NCBI RefSeq assembly: GCF_006345805.1
Contig: NW_021834935.1
Span: forward strand, 1 to 46,823
DNA length: 46,823 nt
Origin: Octopus sinensis
Taxonomy: Eukaryota
Direction: 5' to 3'
Below are positions 1 to 13,497 of the stretch, one piece after another. The notes beneath the pieces are model-generated. The model had not been told where the DNA came from. It saw nothing but the letters and a program-made list of their open reading frames with translations, and made no database searches. How positions within the stretch are numbered: position 1 is the stretch's first letter; each line of letters opens with the position of its first letter. The position numbers were made by a program, and so were the translations under genes.

Positions 1-64
1 GTATTTTCTAGATGGTGTAATTTAATTTTTATTTTGAATTGATAAAGGTGCTTTTTTCTAATGT

Positions 65-96
<32 letters not shown>

Positions 97-342
97 ATAT
101 ATACATATTATATATAATATAATGCGTCTATGATTTAATTTGTTAAACACAATTCCACAAATACTTCATATTTATATATAGGCAGAGATTAGATGTTAAA
201 ATGGATCATAGTTATAACTTTTTATGTTGCTATACAATTTGTTTCATTCAAAAAGACTCAGCTATTCATAATAGAAAATCGGAAAAATCAAATTTGTACT
301 CGTCAGTAGCTGGGATAAAAACTTAAAAAAAGACGTTAGAAG

Positions 343-750
343 TATACTCTTTTAACTCTTTTACTTGTTTCAGTCATTTGACTGCGGCCATGCAGGAGCA
401 CCGCCTTTAGTCGAGCAAATCGACCCCGGGACTTATCCTTTGTAAGCCCAGTACTTATTCTATCGGTCTCTTTTGCCGAACCGCTAAGTAACGGGGACGT
501 AAACACACCAGCATCGGTTGTCAACCAATGCTAGGGGACAAACACAGACACACAAAGATATACACACACAATTATATATATATACATATAACGACAGCTT
601 CTTTCATTTCAGTTTCCGTCTACCAAATCCACTCACAAGGCATTGGTCGGCCCGGGGCTATAGCAGAAGACACTTGCCCAAGATGCCACGCAGTGGGACT
701 GAACCCGGAACCATGTGGTTGGTTAGCAAGCTACTTACCACACAGCCACT
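343..750 (-). mobile_element. tRNA-derived SINE, family A (long type with internal (TA)n/(CA)n), full length
   Basis: Reverse complement has a tRNA-like head (GGCTGTGTGGTAAGTAGCTTGC...GGTTCAGTCCC) and the 3' tail GCGGTGCTCCTGCATGGCCGCAGTCAAATGACTGAAACAAGTAAAAGAG. Homologous copies occur at 850, 4490, 5153, 8250, 22100 and 23110. Confidence 0.85.
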
Positions 751-849
751 CCTGTATATAGGATTTCCCTTAGTAACCGTAGTAACCATATTTTAATGAA
801 GCGTTCGTTCTTGGAGTCATGCCTATTTTAAATACATATTTATATTATT

Positions 850-1228
850 TCCGTCCTTGTTTCACTCATTTAACAGCAGCCATGTTTTTCTGTCGAACAA
901 ATCGACCTTGGATTTGTTTTTTAAAGCCTAGTATTTACTCTGTCGAACTCATTCGCCGAACTGCTAAGTTAAGCGGACGTAGATACACCCTCACCGGTTG
1001 TCAAGCGGTGGTGTGTGGAGACAAACACAAAGACACACACACATAGAGATATACATGTATACATAAGCGACAGGCTTCTTTTAGTTTCCGTGAACTAAAT
1101 TTATTCACAGGGCTTTGGTCGGCCCGAGTCTGTAGCAGAAGATGGTTGACCAAGATACCACTCAATGGGATTGAGCCCCAAACCATGTGTTTGGGGAGCA
1201 AGTTTCTTATCACACAACAACGCCTACG
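850..1228 (-). mobile_element. SINE family A, diverged copy
   Basis: Colinear with 343-750 but more mutated. Confidence 0.75.
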
Positions 1229-1761
1229 CCTATATGCATGTATATATTTGTGTATACATATGTGTGTATCTGAGTATGTGTATATTCTGTAATGTATGTC
1301 AAATATAGATATATCGTTGACATAGCTGAATAAAATTAACATCTGAAAGTACATCTAGAATAACTCATTGTTTTGTTTGGGTACAAAAAGGAGAGGATCA
1401 GGGAGAGAGGGGGTGGGAAGGAGAGAAAAAGGAGAGCGGGAGAGAAAGGAAGAGGTTGTTTATATGCCATAAAGAAGAACGTTGGTGAGTGTCTATGAGA
1501 GAGAGAATGGGGAGAGGAGAAATAAAGTGGAAAAAGGAGGCTTGTGAGGTATGACAAATGAAGTGAAGGGTGGAGGAGAGTAGGAGAGGGATAGTATGAG
1601 TAGATAAATGATGATGAGACTGAGGAGTGATGCAAGAGAGTTGAGCATAAGGAGGGAGTGAAATTATATTATTAAAGGATTATTAGGTCACGGATAAGGT
1701 GAAAGGAGGCAAAGTTGAGATTACGCGTGATTAAAGGTGAATTAATATTATTATCGATTAC

Positions 1762-1844
1762 AATGATTATCATGATGATGATAATGATGTTATTATTATA
1801 ATAGCGACGATGATGATGATGATTGATGATGATGATGATGATTA

Positions 1845-1898
<54 letters not shown>

Positions 1899-1945
1899 CA
1901 TTGTTATTATTATTCTTATTGTTATTATTATCATTATTATTATTA

Positions 1946-2005
<60 letters not shown>

Positions 2006-2540
2006 CATTGTTATTATTATTATTATTATTATCATTATTATTTTATTATTATCTATTATTATTTATCATTTTTATTATTATTATGATTATTATTATTCAT
2101 TATTATTATTATTATTATCATTATTATTATTATTATTATATTATTATTTATTATTACTATTATTATTATTAGTATCATGTTATTATTATTGTTATTATAT
2201 CATTATTATTATTATTATTTATTATTATCATTGTTATTATTATTATTTTATTATTATCATTATTATTATTATCATTATTATATTATTATTATTATCATTT
2301 TTATTATTATTATTATTATTATTATTCATTGTTATTATTATTATTATTATTATCATTGGGTATAATATTATATTTATCATTGTAATTATTATCTATTATT
2401 ATTATTATTATCATCATTATTATTATATTATTATTATCATCATTGATTATTATTCATTATTATTTTATTATTATTATTATTATTATTATATTACATTGTT
2501 ATTATTATTATTATTATTCCATCAGCGGTATTATTATTAT
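1762..2540. repeat. (ATT)n/(ATC)n microsatellite block
   Basis: Direct reading. Explains the poly-I/L/Y ORFs. Confidence 0.97.
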
Positions 2541-2819
2541 GGCATTGATAATAACGGCGAGAAATAAAACGAGAGTGGAAAAGCGAGAAAATATGGGGGA
2601 GAGGAGGAGAGAAATTGATGGTGGAGAAACAAGATGGCAAGTTAGATAAACCTGGGACAGAATATAAAAGGAGAAAGTGATTTTTATGAGAAATAAAGAC
2701 GAAAAAAAGGGAAGAATAGAAGGGGATAGTTTGTAGGGGAATCGCTAAACTTAACCAGTCATGTGGCCAAAATGGCTGCCGAGCGCGTCGCCATTATTTT
2801 AAACTGGAAATGAGGCTGT

Positions 2820-3800
2820 TTTGGTTTGGCTGTAGTAATTGTGGTGGTGGCGGTGGTGGTGGTGGTTTTGGTGGTGGTAATGACGGTGACGGTGGTTTGC
2901 GGTCAATGTGGCGGTGGTTGTGATGGTGTTGATGGCAGCATTGATGGTCGAGGCGTTGGTAGCAAAGGTGGTAAAAGCCAAATTGGTTGCTGGTAATTAT
3001 AGCAGCGGTAGTAGTAGTAGCATCATCATCATCAGCAGCAGCAGTAGCAGTTGTAGTAGTAGCAGCTGTAGTAATAGCAGTAGTAGTAGTAGTAGCTTTA
3101 GGCAATAGAAGTAGTAGTTGTAGCACCAACAACAGCGGCAGTAGTAGTAGTACTAGTAGTAGTAGTAGTAGTAGTAGTAATAGTAGGAGGAGGAGGTGGA
3201 GGAGGAAGAGGAGTGGTTGTGGTGGTCGTGGTGATGGTCGTGGTGGTGGTCGTCGTCGTCGTAGGGATCCTGGTGGTGGTGGTGGTGGTGGTGGTGGTGG
3301 TGGTGGTGGTGGTGGAGGTGATGGTCGTGGTGGTCGTGGTGATCGTGGTTGTGGTGGTAGTGGTGGTAGTCGTAGTGGTGGCGGTTGTGATGGTGGTGGT
3401 GGTGGTGGTGGTGGTTGGTGGCGGTGGTGGTTGTGATGGTGGTGGTGGTGGTGGTTGGTGGCGGTGGTGGTTGTGGTGGTGGTGCTGGGGGTTGTAGTCG
3501 TGGTTGTGGTCATGGTCATAGTCGTGGTGAATGGTGATAAAGATGATGTTTGTGATCGTGGTTATAGAGGGGAAGTAGTGATGGAGGGAGTGGGGCTTAG
3601 ATGCTCTGGCGAAGTCGATGGTGTTGATACAGGTGACAGTGATGGTGGTAGCCTTAGAGTTCAGTGCTGGTGGAGGCGGTGGAGTAGCGCCTTGCGGTAG
3701 TGGTGAGAGTGGTGGTGAGAGACTGAGAGTAGTCGTGGAGACCAACGCTGGTGAAGGTGATGAAGGTGGTGACGGTGGTGCTGCTGGTGTTGGTGAAGAT
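2820..3800. repeat. (GGT)n/(GTA)n/(GCA)n low-complexity trinucleotide block
   Basis: Direct reading. Source of the poly-T/P/H/G/V ORFs. Confidence 0.95.
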
Positions 3801-3917
3801 GGTTCTTCAAGCTTTCCCATCGAGATCTTATCAATAGTGGGCAATGAAGCTCTAAGCAACCATTCAGCACATTGCATAGCCGTTTCACCCAATTTGGGCC
3901 GGCATTATCGGTAAGAT
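3661..3917 (-). CDS. Candidate terminal coding exon of an unknown host gene (xLTDNAGPNWVKRLCNVLNGCLELHCPLLIRSRWESLKNHLHQ...His-rich)
   Basis: On the minus strand, branch-point-like ACTAAT (3932-3927) precedes CCCCTAG| at 3918. The frame is open to the TGA at 3663-3661 and its first ~37 aa are non-repetitive. No homolog recognised. Confidence 0.25.
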
Positions 3918-4173
3918 CTAGGGGTCATTAGTACAGTTTGGTCCTTCCAGGGCGGACATTGTTACAGGCCAGAGACGGTGTGTCTTTGCTGTCGCTTGTC
4001 AACGGAGAATATTTAATGGAACCAAAGATGGCAGCTTTGGTGGGGGACACTGAATACGTTCGCCGCTTTACGCGTCTACTTGCATAGGTTTATAGGCGTT
4101 CGTGTGTTAATGTGTGTGTGTATGTGTTGTCTATGTGTCAATGTGTTTAATGGTTTGTAACTAATTTTGTATG

Positions 4174-4215
<42 letters not shown>

Positions 4216-4489
4216 GTATACATATACACATACTTTTATATATATATATACATATATACATTCATATATATATATATATATATATATGTATTACATATAC
4301 ATAGATATTCTTTGTAAGCACACACGGACTCATATTTATGTATGCCTATATATACATTCTATATACATACATTCATATACATATACTTGTATATATAAAA
4401 TATATATATAAGTGTAATGCATGCATATGTATCCTCTTCTCTCTCTCTCTCTCTTCCCCTCTCTCTCTCTTCCTCTTTCTCTATATCAC

Positions 4490-4550
4490 CTACTATAGCC
4501 TCGGGCCTTTGGTAGAGGGAAACTGAAAGAAGCCCGTCGTATATATATAC

Positions 4551-4594
<44 letters not shown>

Positions 4595-4829
4595 TGTTTT
4601 ATATATATATGTATATGCTTGTGTGCCTATGTTTGTCACCGCACCATCGCTTGTCAACAGATGTTGGTGTATTTATGTCCCCGTAGTTCAGCTGTTCGGA
4701 AAAAGAGACCGATAGACTAAGTACTAGACTTACAAAGAATAAATCCTAGGGCCGATTCATTCGACTAAAAGCGGTGCTCCAGCTTGGCCGCAGTCAAATG
4801 ACAAAAACAAGTGAGAGAGTAAAAGAATA

Positions 4830-4830
<1 letters not shown>
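4490..4830 (+). mobile_element. SINE family A, 5'-truncated
   Basis: Body and 3' tail match family A. Confidence 0.8.
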
Positions 4831-4898
<68 letters not shown>

Positions 4899-5152
4899 AC
4901 ATATAATATATATATACATATATAAACAAATCAAATTGCGATAAAATAAAAATAATTATAATCGCTGGTATTACTAACACAAGCCATATATTTTTCATAT
5001 ATCAGTACATTAAGGCGAAATATGTGCTAGGAATACAGAAGCTTGATAAATTAAGTGAAATGAAGATAAAAACATTTACTAAACCGGTAATATATATACA
5101 TATATATATATATGTATATATATATATAGATAGATACATATATATATATACA

Positions 5153-5557
5153 GGTGCAGTTGTAGCTGTGTGGTAAGTAGCTTGCTTCCCAACCACATGG
5201 TTCCAGGTTCAGTCCCACTTCGTCCCACCTTGGACAAGTGTCTTCCACTCTAGCCTCGGGCTCACCAAAGCCTTGTGTGTGTATTTAGTAGACGGAAGCT
5301 GAAATAAGCCAGTCGATATATGCGTGCGCGTGTGTATGTATGTATGTCTGTGTTTGTCCCCTCCACTACCACCATCGTTTGACAACCGATGTTGTTGTGT
5401 TTACGTCCCCGTCACGAAGCGGTTCGTCAAAAGAGACGGATAAAATCAGTACTGAGTTTGCAATAAGCCCTGGGGTCGATTGTTTTCGACTAAAGGTGGT
5501 GCTCCAGCATGGCTGCATTCAAATGACTGAAACAAGTAAAAGAGTAAAAGACTAAAA
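5153..5557 (+). mobile_element. SINE family A, full length
   Basis: tRNA-like head through the AAAAGAGTAAAAG tail. Confidence 0.85.
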
Positions 5558-5559
5558 GG

Positions 5560-5738
5560 ATATTCTGTTGTGTCTGGGGAGAGTCATTCTCTTTTGGTGC
5601 CTTAGAATTTAACACACTCACCGGTTAAATTTCCACTTATTTCTTTTTTATTGTTCAAAAATTTTCGTTGCGTCTTGCAACCTTTTTAATAGTGAAGGCA
5701 CCAAAAGAGAATGACTCTCCCCAGACACAAAAGAATAT
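5560..5738. repeat. Inverted repeat, 44-bp arms (5560-5603 / 5695-5738)
   Basis: ATATTCTGTTGTGTCTGGGGAGAGTCATTCTCTTTTGGTGCCTT pairs with AAGGCACCAAAAGAGAATGACTCTCCCCAGACACAAAAGAATAT, 1 mismatch. Confidence 0.9.
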
Positions 5739-6390
5739 GCTTCAACACACGAACTCACATAAAGAACCTTGCAAACCAAATCCAAAAACGAAATAAAAGA
5801 ATATATATATATATATATATATATATAAGGATAATATCGATCTGATCATGTGGCCAGCATGGGAATAAAAACCATACAAAGGTAATAATTATTTAAAACT
5901 ATAAATAAGGGCATCTGAGAGATACAACCATGCCGAAATAGCAGTCAAAACCCCGACTCCAAAAACCACATTAAATGTTCATATCGCGCTCTGAGATAAG
6001 ACAGAGAGACAAAATAAACTAGCAAAAAAGATTTTTCTGGATAATTGAGGATCCTGGATTTCTGGCTTTGCTTCAAATAAGCTCTGCCTTCGTCAGTTGA
6101 ATATACCAGATGCGTACATAAATACAAATATATATATATACAAAACAAACGTTATACTTACATATACGAACGTCCTTACATACATATATATATGCACGTA
6201 TGTACAAGACCAGTCCAAATTGCCCGCCAACCGCCTCACAAGCGCAGTATGGTAAAAAAATAAACACCGCAGTGAATACATTGACGAATTATAAAAATTT
6301 ATAAATAAGGATAATAAAGATATTTAAATATCGATCTTATCAAGTGGCCAGCATGGGAATAAATACCATGCAAAGGAAATAATTGTTTAT

Positions 6391-6494
6391 GTACCTGGTG
6401 TAGCCTTATCAGACGGGTAGTCATGATGGGTATACTGGGCTTCGTATATTTTACCCCAGTGTCACTGTGATGGCATGCACTGCTCTCTCACTCC

Positions 6495-6557
<63 letters not shown>

Positions 6558-6583
6558 TAATAACAATAATAATAATAATAATG

Positions 6584-6626
<43 letters not shown>

Positions 6627-6695
6627 TAATAATGATAATAATAATAATAATAATAACAATAATAATGATAATAATAATAATAATAACAACAATTA
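6391..6695 (+). mobile_element. Probable non-LTR element 3' end followed by (AAT)n tract (6495-6695)
   Basis: About 100 bp of non-repetitive sequence ends directly in (AAT)n, the same architecture as the RLE-LINE ends elsewhere in the window. Confidence 0.45.
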
Positions 6696-6737
6696 ATTCT
6701 TTTATTGGCCATAGTCCTTACTCCTATACGCACAAGG

Positions 6738-6935
6738 TCTGAAATTTGGGGGAGGGGGCTTGTCGATTACATCGACTCCAGTACGCAACTGGTACTTAGG
6801 TTTTTTCGACCTCGAAAGGATGAAAAGCAAAGTCGACATCGGCAGCAGAATTTGAACTCAGAACGTAAGAACGGATGAATTGCCGCGAAGTATTTTGCCC
6901 GGCGTGCTAACGATTCTGCCAGCTCACCGCCTTTA
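6738..6935 (-). mobile_element. tRNA-derived SINE family B (CORE/Meta-like central domain)
   Basis: Box B GAGTTCAAATTC plus GTCGACTTTGCTTTTCATCCTTTCGAGGTCG on the minus strand. Confidence 0.85.
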
Positions 6936-6944
6936 ACAATAAGC

Positions 6945-7130
6945 AAACCACTAAGCATAAAAACCGAATCAAGCAGACAGCAAAAACGGACGGGAAGCAA
7001 CAAATTGCGGAATGGTGGCGTCAGAAGCCCCTGCATGGACAGTATATTCTTCGAAGTCAAAATCCGGATAGAGACCATGCAAAAACCTATCGGTGGCTGA
7101 GAAGTTCGGGACTGAAAGCAGAGAGCGAAG
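6945..7130 (+). mobile_element. R4/Dong-like LINE fragment
   Basis: Translates ...WWRQKPLHGQY...RWLRSSGLKAESEG, homologous to 13498-13620. Confidence 0.8.
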
Positions 7131-7139
7131 GTTTTATAT

Positions 7140-7510
7140 ATATTTCTTTATTGTCCGCAGAGCTAAACATAGAGGGGACAAACAAGTGCAGACAAAGGAA
7201 TTAAGTCGATTACATCGACTTCAGTGCAAACTAGTATTTATTTAATCGACCCCCGAAAAGATGACAGGCAAAGTCGACCTCGGCGGAATTTGAACTCAGA
7301 ACGTAACGGCAGACGAAATACATATTTCTTTACTACCCAGAAGGCGCTAAACACAGAGGGGACAAACAAGGACAGACAAACGGATTAAGTTGATTATATC
7401 GACCCCAGTGCGTAACTGGTACTTATTTAATCGACCCCGAAATGATGAAAGGCAAAGTCGACCTCGACGGAATTTGAACTCAGAACGTAACCGCAGACGA
7501 AATACCACTA
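7140..7510 (-). mobile_element. SINE family B tandem multimer (~2 units)
   Basis: Two successive ~184-bp units. Confidence 0.85.
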
Positions 7511-7689
7511 AGCATCCAGGCTAATCGAAACACTGTGGAAGGATTCCGACCACTCCGAAGTGGAAACATTTGGACTGACTCATTGTTATGAAGCAAAGAT
7601 CTGTCAGCGATTGGAAGTTAGTGTTGGTAACGCTTCACAGTGAACCTTTGGTATCGAGTGTTGTTTCTCGTGTAATAGTAATAGTAGTG

Positions 7690-8150
7690 CGTTGGGTATA
7701 GAATTTCTTCCCTACTACTTCGTTATATCATATATTCAATGCAAAGATATAAAACTAAATTTGTCAAATTCCTTGACAGATACATTTTTATCAGTGGGAA
7801 CACATTCATCTGTTAGTCTACAAGTGTTTTCTTCTCATCTTTAATTGTTATGTCTGGCTGATTAGCCTGGATCCTTCTGTCGGTGTTGATTGGAGAATCC
7901 CAGAGGATAGTGACGTTTTTAGATTCAACGTGTGGCTTAAGATGATGATCATACCAGTAAGCAGAAATGATGATTTTGTCGTGTTTACATATTTTCCAGT
8001 GTAAATACTGTTCTACCATACGAATACAAAAATCGACAGCAGATCGAGAAATAATATTTTGGTAACCGAACACTTCAAAACTTCGGAAATTGTTTGAATG
8101 TGTCATATAAAACATCTTTTATTCTTAGTGTTGTTGAGAAAAGTTTGCAT
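7690..8150 (-). mobile_element. R4/Dong-like LINE fragment (RLE endonuclease region), degenerate
   Basis: QYLHWKIC...WY.H...ILWDSPINTDRRIQANQPDI motif. Confidence 0.85.
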
Positions 8151-8249
8151 TTTCAAAGTTATTTCGTGTTAAAGTTGTCGTATTTCGGTATAATTTCAAC
8201 CAATCAATGACGTGTATTCAGCTGAATAAAATTACTACGGTTGTTTTTC

Positions 8250-8605
8250 GTAGACGGAAACTGAAAGAAGCCCGTCGTATATTTGCATATATACATACAT
8301 ATATGCATGTCGTATATATGAGTGTGTGTGTGTTTGTGTATGCGTGTGCGTGTGTGTGTATGTGTGTGCTTGTGTACATGTGTGTCTTTGCGTCTGTGTC
8401 TGTCCAGCCACTATCACTTGACAACCGATGTTGGTGTGTTTACATACCCGTAACTTGACGGTTTATCCATAGTAACCGATGGAATAAGTACTAGGCTTAC
8501 AAAAGATAAGTCTTGAGGCCGATGTATTCGACTAAAAATCCTTTTAAGGAGATGCTCCAGCATGGATGCAGTCAAATGACTGAAACATGTAAAAGAATAA
8601 AAGGT
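8250..8605 (+). mobile_element. SINE family A, 5'-truncated
   Basis: Body and tail match family A. Confidence 0.8.
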
Positions 8606-8608
8606 ATG

Positions 8609-8647
<39 letters not shown>

Positions 8648-8934
8648 ATATATAAAAGAATGCAAAAAAATGGAACAAGAACGCAACAGCAACAACAATA
8701 CTCCAGACAGTTAGATGATCCAAAAAAAGGAACAAGAAAAAGCAAGGATGGGTCATTCGGAATTTTCTGTCTTCGGTCGAGTTCCGGATCTTCTCAGCAG
8801 TTTCGGCTGGTTATACTCGAGACTGTTCCAATCTGGCCAGCCCCAGGAAAAAGCTAAACTAAGAGCACTAGATTCCTTGGAAGAAAGCAGCGAACGTATA
8901 CGAAAACAAGGACGAAAACACACACACACACACA

Positions 8935-9037
<103 letters not shown>

Positions 9038-9694
9038 ATGTATATATATATATATATACCAGTGAGCCAGGAAATCAAGATGTGATTACTGTCGTTAACT
9101 CCACATCATAAGATTACTTTCCGTGTCAGCTAAACATTTATTCGAGAGCTTTAATGACGTTGTTTAGGAAATTTAGAATGGTTAAACTGACGACAACCTT
9201 CATCTTGTGTAACGTTAAGATGTCACCCTGTTTGACATCAAGGCTCTGGCTACTGGGTGATCTCATAGTGCTGGAAATATTCAGAACGGACCCCGTGGAT
9301 ATCCCCGCCAAATATGCAAACATCTGTTTATGCGCCCCCCCCCCCCGGGTGCGCGAAATTACACATTTTCCCCGCAAAAAAATAACTTGTAGTCGCCCAA
9401 CACCAAGTTAACAGCCTTGGAAATCTTGCAAAAGCTAAGAAAATAATACCCCTTCTTTTAAACTGTGACGCTAACCACCAGAAAAAGAAAAAAAAGTGTT
9501 CTATAATTTCACAGGTTTTGTACTCGGATTCTGTATTTGTCTTTAAGCAATGTTCATTATATGAATTGGTTATTCCATCAGAATCGAGTTGCAAAAATCG
9601 CCATATCGAGAATCTGATTTCTGTCAGCATCTTTTCATTTGGACCATATTTACAGAAAAGTGGAACATGGTGAGATATTAATTACATTCTCGAA

Positions 9695-9915
9695 TATGTT
9701 GGTTTCAAATTGTGGCACTAGGCTAGCAATTTCCGGGGAGAATAAATCGATTACATCGACCCCAGTACTCAACTGGTACTTATTTTATCGATCCCAAAAG
9801 TTTGAAAGACAAAGTCGACCTCAGCAGCATTTGAACTAAGAACTTTAAGAAGGGCGAAATGCTGTTAAGCATCTTACTCATCGTGGAAACGACTCTACCT
9901 GCTCGCCGCCTTTCT
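9695..9915 (-). mobile_element. SINE family B, diverged
   Basis: Box B and central domain on the minus strand. Confidence 0.75.
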
Positions 9916-11590
9916 CGAATATATTAACGTTGGTAAGATGAATAAGTGACGATTATGATTAGAAACCGCGTCGTGGGCTTTCATTTTCTGAGCTACCATT
10001 TGACTCTTTAATTGTTCACAATAAACACGAACCATCAGCACCAAACCCATTCCTACGAATCCGAAACACATTTAGATTACTTAATCATAGTCAAATTAAT
10101 AGCCATGTTTTGGCATCCAAATGTCAGGCTGACATCCGAAAAAAAGGCTACAGTTCTGTTTTGTGTTTTATCTACAAATTTATACGTGTCAAGGTTTGTG
10201 TTTGACATATTCCGTATTTCCAGAAGTCGCAACATCGCCTCACTACATTCTTCAATGTCACGCGAAGAAGTGAACATGTTTCTTACCAAAATATGAAGTA
10301 TCTAAGGCACTCTAAATGCAGCCGACTATAACCAAGTAATTATGTTAGATTAATTCTAATGTAAAAAATCCTATTTAATGTAAACTTGGATAGGTCATAG
10401 CAGAGGTCAGTCAGTTTTTATATGTCAAATGAACTAAGTTGCTTCTCGGTTATTTATTATATTTTTTCTCCAGTTCACGGTCCATTAGTCCTTGCCCTCC
10501 ACCCATCATCATTACCCTAAGTCCGTCACTTTCTCTTGCACACTTAAATTTGAAGGGAAAATATTACTTCGGCGCCACGAGAGTATTTAAAAGCACTTAA
10601 AGCTAGAGATTTCTAACATGATGTGAGATTTTTATCTTGAGTATCGACATTAAATTTCCTCTCTCTAAGTGCTTACCATCTGGAGTACAACCGTACACAA
10701 TTGACCAACTATGTTGGCAATCCAACAGTAATTACAAACTTAGTTAAAGGGTGGGCAAATTTTACGTACAAATGTTTCGTTTATTCATTTCATTTCCACT
10801 TCTTATAGTTAGTATTCGCTTACCTTCACTCTCTAGTCTCTATTAAGAATATAGATCCGTTTTTAATTGGGCCCAAGACTGCACTGAGGCATAATGTACA
10901 GAAAATAATGAGGTGTTGTTGTGAGGTTCATCGGTTGATTAAGAACATCAGAACTAAATAGAAAGGATATCAAGTTATACCAGTAAGAGAAATCATATTG
11001 TTAATGGGCATTATGGGTAAAATGGTTTCTTTGTTGTGGTTGCAGGATAGGAAATGAAGTTAAAGAAATACTTGTTGATATTCAATAGTGTGAAAACGAA
11101 GATCAACTACTTGGTCGCTGCTGTTGTTGCTCACCGCAGGCTCAGCCCAGTCCTAGCAGACATGTAACCAATGGCGTTCAAGCCGTGGCCATTCCGTTTT
11201 ATACACGGACTAGAGACAACTGGGACAGCATTACACAAAGCGACCTTTTTATTCTCAGACGTTTCAGTACCATTTCTCTTGCTGATGATAATGGTTGTGC
11301 ATCAGCAATCTAATAAATTGTTCGTGTCCCTGTGTCACTCGTATCTCACACAAATACGTACATGCCCACGCGCACACACAGATGAATTGCGGACTTCTAC
11401 GTATGTAATTATGTAAGTGGTAACAACGAAATCTGGTATGTGACTAATCATTATATTTTGTATCTTTTCATTTGTTATGCTCACTTACGTTCTGGCTATT
11501 GCTGAATTTTCTTGGGAACAATATTTTCTTAGTGGTCAGACCTTATGGGGTCTACATCTAGCATATTGGATGTCCACCTAGTGGTCATCT

Positions 11591-11635
<45 letters not shown>

Positions 11636-11918
11636 CAACAGTACTTAGAGAAAAAGAAACGAAACGAAACGAACAAATCGAATCGAATCGACGCGAGGGC
11701 GCTCAGTCATACAATGGTGTAATAAATAAAATATATGCATACATACATACATACATATATGTACGTACCTACATCTACATGTATATAGACATGCATATAT
11801 AAATATATATACGTGAGTACAGGACACCACAAATAGACGTAGAACTCAACGAGAAACGAAAACGGAAAAACAAGCATGGAACAGACCATTTTTTATGCAT
11901 ATATTTTATTTATTACAC

Positions 11919-11971
<53 letters not shown>

Positions 11972-12060
11972 GTATGTATGTATGTATGTATGTATGTATG
12001 GATGGATGGATGGATGGATGGATGGATGGATGGATGGATAAATATATATATATATATATA

Positions 12061-12280
12061 TGGAGGCGAACTGGCAGAATCGTTAGCACGCCAGGCGAAA
12101 TGCTTAGCGTCGTCTGCCGTTATGTTCTGAGTTCACATTCCGCCGAGGTCGACTTTGCCTTTCATCCCTTTCGGGGTCGATTAAATAAGTACCAGTTACC
12201 CACTGGGGTTGATGTATACACTTAGTTCCTTTGTCTGACCTTGCTTGCCCCCTTTAAGTTTAGCCTCCTGTGGGAAATAA
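12061..12280 (+). mobile_element. SINE family B, full head
   Basis: GGCGAACTGGCAGAATCGTTAGC (box A) ... GAGTTCACATTCC (box B) ... GCCTTTCATCCCTTTCGGGGTCGA. Confidence 0.85.
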
Positions 12281-12350
12281 AGAAATATATATATATATAT
12301 ACATATATACGTATATTGATACATACATACACACACAAACACATACTTAC

Positions 12351-12381
<31 letters not shown>

Positions 12382-12729
12382 TGAATAGTTCATTACCGAT
12401 AATTTTCCCTAAACTATTTAGTTTTCGTACATCGGATCTTCTCCAATTATACCATATTCCTGGTGATTATTCTAATTTACTAAAATAATTTTAATGGCCT
12501 CCCTCAACTGTCTCCACGTCGACTCGAATTCCTCTCCAAATACATCTCTGTTTTGTTCATATCGATTTTTAAATTAATTTTCATACTACATCTGTGTTTC
12601 GTCAAAATTTATCTCCAGTCATCGAATGCAAATACCTACAGGAATACACTCACATATCTATCTACATTCATATATCTATCTTTCTGTCCTTGGTATCTAT
12701 CTATCAACATATAACACACACACACACAC

Positions 12730-12765
<36 letters not shown>

Positions 12766-12834
12766 CTATATATATATATACATATAATATACAATACATA
12801 TATATATATTATATATATATATATATAATATATA

Positions 12835-12899
<65 letters not shown>

Positions 12900-13016
12900 T
12901 ATATATATATATATCAGATATTTGGATAGAAATATTGATATATATAGTTATATAATATTATCATATGTGCATGCATAATTATACATATATATCTGTATGT
13001 ATATTGTATGTATATT

Positions 13017-13049
<33 letters not shown>

Positions 13050-13418
13050 GTCTGTTCATGTATCTATATATATACACATATACAGATAGATACTTAGAGA
13101 AATTACTGCAAGAATTGGCCCGAGCCATGTCTGACAAGTAGCACACCACCATGGAAGCTGGATTAGTGTTTGTCAGAAGGGATAATTTTCAGAGAGATGC
13201 ATTGTTAAAATCATTTTACATATACCGGAACGCAACGCGAATCATCCTAGCAGTGGTCCTCGAGATCGTCAAACAAGTTTTGGTTTCTCTTTAACTTTCC
13301 AATGGCTTGCACTCAAAAGCCATTTGCCTAATTAAAAAGCTTCTCCTGTGATTATTAGTTTCCTCAACTTCTTGTATGAAACGGATTGGTAAATCGAGTA
13401 TTACAGGATATAACAGTG

Positions 13419-13488
<70 letters not shown>

Positions 13489-13497
13489 TAATAATAA

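Noticed and set aside
2765-2800. YY1-like AAAATGGC motifs (also ~3995 and ~41203)
   Set aside because: Short motifs without other promoter evidence.
1810-3519. Long poly-I/L/Y/T/P/G ORFs (also at 6462-6742, 12594-12929, 17427-17810, 20854-21549, 27448-28434, 39749-40482, 41346-41788)
   Set aside because: They are translations of stop-free microsatellites, with no independent coding evidence.
6945-8150. Oppositely oriented Dong-like fragments as a twin-priming inversion
   Set aside because: The geometry is convergent, not divergent, and SINEs intervene; treated as separate fragments.
8800-8847. GGCTGG/CCAGCC stem followed by GAAAC on the minus strand
   Set aside because: The CUGANGA core is absent; at most a remote relic.
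10824-10954. AG...GT-bounded minus-strand segment
   Set aside because: All three frames contain stops; it could only be non-coding, and there is no support.
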